Part shown: one piece after another, positions 61,122 to 64,000 of the stretch
Layout of the letters: each line of letters starts with the position of its first letter
Position numbering within the stretch: the first letter of the stretch is position 1
DNA from: an uncultured Piscirickettsiaceae bacterium
Lineage (GTDB): Bacteria; Pseudomonadota; Gammaproteobacteria; Nitrosococcales; Methylophagaceae
Direction of reading: 5' to 3'
Length of the DNA stretch: 64,000 bases
Assembly: GCA_964598235.1 (NCBI GenBank)
Contig: CAZRAY010000003.1
Span: 77-64,076, forward strand
Notes under the pieces: model-generated
The model's database searches: none
Told to the model about the DNA's origin: nothing
What the model saw: only the letters and a program-made list of their open reading frames with translations
Made by a program: the position numbers and the translations under genes

Positions 61122-61841
61122 TTAATCAGATAAGTAGTATTCCACAGTGGTCACGACTCTAATTTTCTTAATATGTGGATTGTTCGTATCTCTAGGGCTA
61201 ATACTAAACTGGCCTTGTGAGGCTTTTCTAATCTTACCAAGAGAGCTTTCCGAATCGGCTGCGAATTTTTCGGCCACCTCGCGTGCTTTCACGGTGGCTT
61301 CTGCGATCATCTCAGGTTTGATTTCATTAAGTTGAGTAAAGATATATTCGGTGACAAATTGATAATCATTTCCTGTGAATACAATGCCTTCTTTGCCAAG
61401 TTTAGATAACGACCCCATTACGGCACGTACACCTTCAATATTTTTAGAATAAACCGTCACCGTTTGCATCGCGGTATAGCGAAATTCGGCCACATCAGAG
61501 CCACTATATTGATACATGGATTTATCTGTGATCGCGGGTGTAGAGAGCGTGATTTCATCGGCAGATATGCTGTTTTTCTCAAGGAAACTACGTATCTTAG
61601 CTGTGTTGTTATCAATTTTCGTATATAAATCAGTTAATTCATTACTGGCAACATTAAACTGAATTGGCCAGATAACGATATTGGCAGGATATTCTCGTTC
61701 AGACAGCCCTTTTACGGTAACAGTACGGTCAAGTGATTTATATTTAAGCGCGGCAGAACCAATGAGGTCTCCCAACGCGGCTAGTCCTAGGAATAAGAAT
61801 AACCCTAAAATGAGGGCGGCTAATTTATAATCTTTCTGCAT
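61122..61841 (-). CDS. SIMPL (DUF541/YggE-like) periplasmic protein (239 aa)
   Basis: N-terminal anchor/signal sequence. The SIMPL-like sequence ends in ...KIRVVTTVEYYL. Confidence 0.6.
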   Translation of the reverse strand: MQKDYKLAALILGLFLFLGLAALGDLIGSAALKYKSLDRTVTVKGLSEREYPANIVIWPIQFNVASNELTDLYTKIDNNTAKIRSFLEKNSISADEITLSTPAITDKSMYQYSGSDVAEFRYTAMQTVTVYSKNIEGVRAVMGSLSKLGKEGIVFTGNDYQFVTEYIFTQLNEIKPEMIAEATVKAREVAEKFAADSESSLGKIRKASQGQFSISPRDTNNPHIKKIRVVTTVEYYLSD

Positions 61842-61899
61842 AATAGAGTTCCTATGTTTTCATCCTTACGGTGTTCATTTTTATTGTTTGTATTTTTGT

Positions 61900-62325
61900 T
61901 TATGTTCCCAGCATGGGAAGGTTTTTTCTCAGATGATATGTGAGCGCTAAACTAATACAATGTTTTAATTCATCGATGGGAAGAGACTCTTTATCATTAA
62001 AGAGTATGGCGTGATTACCCTCAAAATGAAAGCGATCTTTATAAAGTATTTTAAAAGTATCCACTAGTGATGTTTGGCAGTGAAAATAGATGCCATATTG
62101 CATCGGATTTGATGCTTTCCAAGCAATTCTAATCGTACTACCCTGTTTTGTGAGGTAACTAGGCTCTCCCCATTTGAGTGTTTCTTCTATGCTATCTACC
62201 GTTTCAGTTTCTGCTGCCGTATCCAATATGAGTTGGCGGAGGGTCATCATGCAATGATTGATGTGTTCAGGATATGCATTGAATATCTTTTCAACGGCGT
62301 TATTCTGAAATAGAGTCATCAACAC
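61900..62325 (-). CDS. DUF1801 (YdhG-like) domain protein (141 aa)
   Basis: Sequence pattern ...ETLKWGEPSYLTKQGSTIRIAWKAS... resembles the DUF1801 family. The gene abuts the upstream gene with a 0-nt gap. Confidence 0.5.
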   Translation of the reverse strand: MLMTLFQNNAVEKIFNAYPEHINHCMMTLRQLILDTAAETETVDSIEETLKWGEPSYLTKQGSTIRIAWKASNPMQYGIYFHCQTSLVDTFKILYKDRFHFEGNHAILFNDKESLPIDELKHCISLALTYHLRKNLPMLGT

Positions 62326-62859
62326 TTACCAAGTTTTTTCTGTTTCTTGGGAGGGCGTTAATTCCTGTTTGATAATTTGAAGCATCTCTTTTGTATTGGG
62401 ATGTGTGGTGTCTGTGCTATGAGCGATTTGAGTCATTAATACCATAGCCGATTCTGCTTGGGTGTCTGTAAAAGAAGCTTTGCTTGGCGCAAGGAATTTT
62501 GGAATACTTCTTTTTAGTTCAGCGCCATCGGCGAGTAAGTAGCTACTCGAGATAAGTAGGCCTGCCGCATTCTTTTTAGATAAGTTAAATTTAGTTTCAA
62601 ATAGGTTGAGTAATAGCGTTTTATCCTCTCGTGTCATATCACCATCAGACTTGGCAATAGCAACCATCAGAATAGCCGTCGCATCTAGAGGTTCATCCAC
62701 TCTGAAAATAGGGTTGCCATCATGTTTTTTCCGCCACTTCCGGCGTCTATTCCATAAAAAAGGATTGAGGCCGCCTAAATCAATCCCCGCATTGGCAAGT
62801 CGGCTGAGCAATACGAGGATGGTGACAATGGTGCCAAGTAGGGCGAGGACAATATGCAT
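62326..62859 (-). CDS. Membrane-anchored TerB/DjlA-N-like domain protein (177 aa)
   Basis: N-terminal TM, a basic stretch (RRRKWRKKHD), then a TerB-like helical region (ILMVAIAKSDGDMTREDKTLLLNLF). Confidence 0.45.
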   Translation of the reverse strand: MHIVLALLGTIVTILVLLSRLANAGIDLGGLNPFLWNRRRKWRKKHDGNPIFRVDEPLDATAILMVAIAKSDGDMTREDKTLLLNLFETKFNLSKKNAAGLLISSSYLLADGAELKRSIPKFLAPSKASFTDTQAESAMVLMTQIAHSTDTTHPNTKEMLQIIKQELTPSQETEKTW

Positions 62860-62958
62860 ATTAGCTTCCTTTTTAATGTGTTCTCAATTTGTTTGACACA
62901 TAATTAAACGCATTCTAACGGTATCTTATAGTAACATTGTCGTAGTTTATTAAAAAGG

Positions 62959-63801
62959 ATGAAGGGAATGTTGATGTCTCATGCAAGTAAGGTGCTGGTG
63001 GGTGTATTGTTAGTGTTGCAGTTAACGGCTTGTGAAGATTCAAAAGAACGTGCTCCGACAGATGAACGATTAATAGCTGTGATCAGCGGTGAACACCGCT
63101 CGCCGGTGAATCGCGTGCGCGATCAATATCGCCATCCTCAACAGACGCTTGAATTTTTTGGTGTCACACCGGAGATGACGGTGGTCGAAGTCTGGCCTGG
63201 TGGGGGTTGGTATACGGAAATTTTAGCACCCTGGATTAAGCAGGGTGGTGGACAGTTTATTTCGGCAGGTTTTTTCCCTGATGCGCAGCCGGAATATAGA
63301 CAAAAAATTCAATTACGTTATGAGGCGTTATTGGCAGAGCGACCTGAACTTTATGATCAGGTGGTGTATACAGGCTTGGGAGTGGAAGGCCATTGTGACG
63401 TTGCACCAGCAGGAACGGTTGATGCTGTATTGACCTTCCGAAATGCACATAATTGGGTGAAAGGTGGGCATGAAGAGGATATGTTTAAGATGTTTTATCA
63501 GCTATTAAAATCAGGTGGTGTATTGGGAGTGACTGATCATCGTGCATTACCAGAAACGGATCTAGATACCATGAAAAAATCAGGCTATCTAACGCAAGAT
63601 TTAGTTATTTCATTGGCAAAAAAAGCGGGGTTTGTACTGGAAGAATCATCAGAAATTAACGCGAATGCATTAGATGATACGGAACATCCAAAGGGGGTAT
63701 GGAGCTTGCCGCCAATGCTACGCCTGGGTGACGAAAATAGAGCAGAGTATCTTGCAATTGGTGAAAGTGACCGGATGACATTGCGTTTCCGAAAGCCGTA
63801 A
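62959..63801 (+). CDS. Lipoprotein-type class I SAM-dependent methyltransferase-like protein (280 aa)
   Basis: Lipobox (LQLTAC) and SAM motif I-like VVEVWPGGGWYTEILAP. Confidence 0.55.
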   Translation: MKGMLMSHASKVLVGVLLVLQLTACEDSKERAPTDERLIAVISGEHRSPVNRVRDQYRHPQQTLEFFGVTPEMTVVEVWPGGGWYTEILAPWIKQGGGQFISAGFFPDAQPEYRQKIQLRYEALLAERPELYDQVVYTGLGVEGHCDVAPAGTVDAVLTFRNAHNWVKGGHEEDMFKMFYQLLKSGGVLGVTDHRALPETDLDTMKKSGYLTQDLVISLAKKAGFVLEESSEINANALDDTEHPKGVWSLPPMLRLGDENRAEYLAIGESDRMTLRFRKP

Positions 63802-63803
63802 AT

Positions 63804-64000
63804 TTAGGCTTTTAATCGTTCGAGGCTTCGCATAAAAATACCCGGTCGATCAATGGTGACGGCAAAGGCCATTTCTGCATCGCTCATAACACGGTTTAAG
63901 CCCGCGTCTTTATCCCATTTATTACGTTTCCAAGCCATGCCGCCAAAAGTGCGTACTGCACGATGAATAAGACGTTTTCGGATTAAAGGTACATTCAACA
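63804..64000 (-). CDS. 3' end of an unidentified CDS running off the window
   Basis: Open frame on the minus strand to the window edge (last 64 codons plus stop). I recognise no family. Confidence 0.35.
   Translation of the reverse strand, partial: LNVPLIRKRLIHRAVRTFGGMAWKRNKWDKDAGLNRVMSDAEMAFAVTIDRPGIFMRSLERLKA

Overview
This is a 64-kb chromosomal segment from a moderate/low-GC gammaproteobacterium, densely coded and mostly on the + strand. The conserved backbone blocks are: recC-recB-recD; rpoH-ftsX-ftsE-ftsY (minus strand); an M16 peptidase pair with rsmD-coaD; leuS-lptE-holA-proA-nadD; rsfS-rlmH; maf-rng-yhdP-tldD; ntrB-ntrC; and the classic tRNA-fMet-rimP-nusA-infB-rbfA-truB-rpsO-pnp operon. 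Accessory material interrupts this backbone. Two tandem type II toxin-antitoxin modules sit upstream of recC. A ~7-kb islet lies between nadD and rsfS; it carries an ovothiol-type operon (ovoA + PLP C-S lyase + rhomboid), a split YeeE/YedE permease and a TetR-cupin unit with two matching operators. An AT-rich PhyH-family dioxygenase gene is wedged between rlmH and maf. A five-gene AT-rich cluster follows pnp. My best candidates for something undescribed are two. The first is a stand-alone ThiI-like PP-loop ATPase translationally coupled to a TusA-family sulfur carrier (46377-47656). The second is the ovoA-lyase-rhomboid operon. Sequence-level patterns not explained by genes include at least ten + strand copies of the E. 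coli Chi octamer GCTGGTGG with no reverse-complement copy found. There are also two copies of a ~70-nt double-hairpin MITE/REP-like element, a near-consensus sigma-54 promoter in front of ntrBC, and TA/TetR operator palindromes. I found no CRISPR array, integrase, transposase or prophage genes. All calls rest on reading the sequence and recognising motifs by eye; no database search was run.
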